From the NCBI GenBank assembly GCA_965649765.1, contig OZ287760.1:17298001-17362000 (forward strand): a stretch of DNA of 64,000 bases, given 5' to 3'. The notes beneath the pieces are model-generated. The model ran no database searches and was not told the origin of the DNA. It worked only from the letters and a program-made list of their open reading frames with translations. The stretch comes from Bispira polyomma (Eukaryota). The stretch's first letter is position 1, and each line of letters begins with the position of its first letter. Shown one piece after another: positions 63,316 through 64,000 of the stretch. The translations under genes were made by a program, and so were the position numbers.

Positions 63316-64000
63316 TGTGTGTGTGTATATATGCCTCGTTTTAGCAATGCTACTACACCATGTATGAATTTGATCAATGTATAGTTATCATTTATTCAAC
63401 ACATCATATGATGCATATGTCAATAGTCTTACAATTACACCTATGTATGAGTTTGATTTGAGTTAATATGTGTGTTTACAACCGAGCTAGACTTCTGTCT
63501 CTTTACAAGCAATTTGCATAATATTGATCTCCTCGAGGGAGCGCATGCAGTTGCTTTGTGTCCGCCAGAAACATTGGCTGCTATAGGCATCACGTGATGC
63601 TTTCAAATAGACCTTTTTCTCTAAATACTAAGTGTATGCAGGAAAAAAAGATGGAGTATATACCACAGAAAATCAATGTAAGTCAACTTGGTGTTGTGTG
63701 TCTCTTTTGGTTGTTGCTTAATATTGTGGGTTTGCAAAAAATATAATGTAAAAACATAGACTAAGTATATTAGTACATCGTAATTTTGTAGACCATATTC
63801 ATAAGGATACATTAATCCTTTGGTGTGTATGTTACTGTTAACAAAAAAAAAAAAAAAATGTTTTCTTTGATTTAAATACGTTTATCAGTTTGCTCGATGT
63901 ACAAACTAAAAAAAAAACCCTAAAGATACTGATTAAAATTGTGCACTTCTCCCCCCACTGCGCCATATCCAATTGATCACCTCCTTTCACAATCTTGAAG

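Overview
AT-rich animal genomic DNA from a lophotrochozoan (spiralian) Hox cluster, probably molluscan given the SINE types; the species cannot be determined. The only well-supported protein-coding gene is Lox4, a Ubx/abd-A-class central Hox gene on the + strand. Exon 1 CDS is 2799-3474 (MNSYF...FYPWM), followed by a 9.6 kb phase-1 intron and exon 2 at 13074-13357 (homeodomain plus UbdA peptide QQIKDLN), giving 319 aa. A probable long 3' UTR (possibly to ~20.3 kb) follows, then ~44 kb with no recognisable gene; in the usual lophotrochozoan order this would be the interval toward Antp (inference). That interval holds tRNA-derived SINEs (CORE-like and Meta-like), L2/CR1 LINE remnants, MITEs, microsatellites and clusters of Hox/TALE-type binding motifs. 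The most notable observations are: an overlapping let-7/miR-125 8mer double site in the putative Lox4 3' UTR; a pre-miRNA-like hairpin with a miR-10-type seed at ~30.95 kb; a candidate stop-containing cassette exon in the Lox4 intron; a 5' UTR intron that would remove uORFs; a 57-bp tandem repeat multiplying a TTTTATGG site; candidate orphan exons; and nested transposon insertions. All non-coding functional calls were made by eye and need the stated checks.
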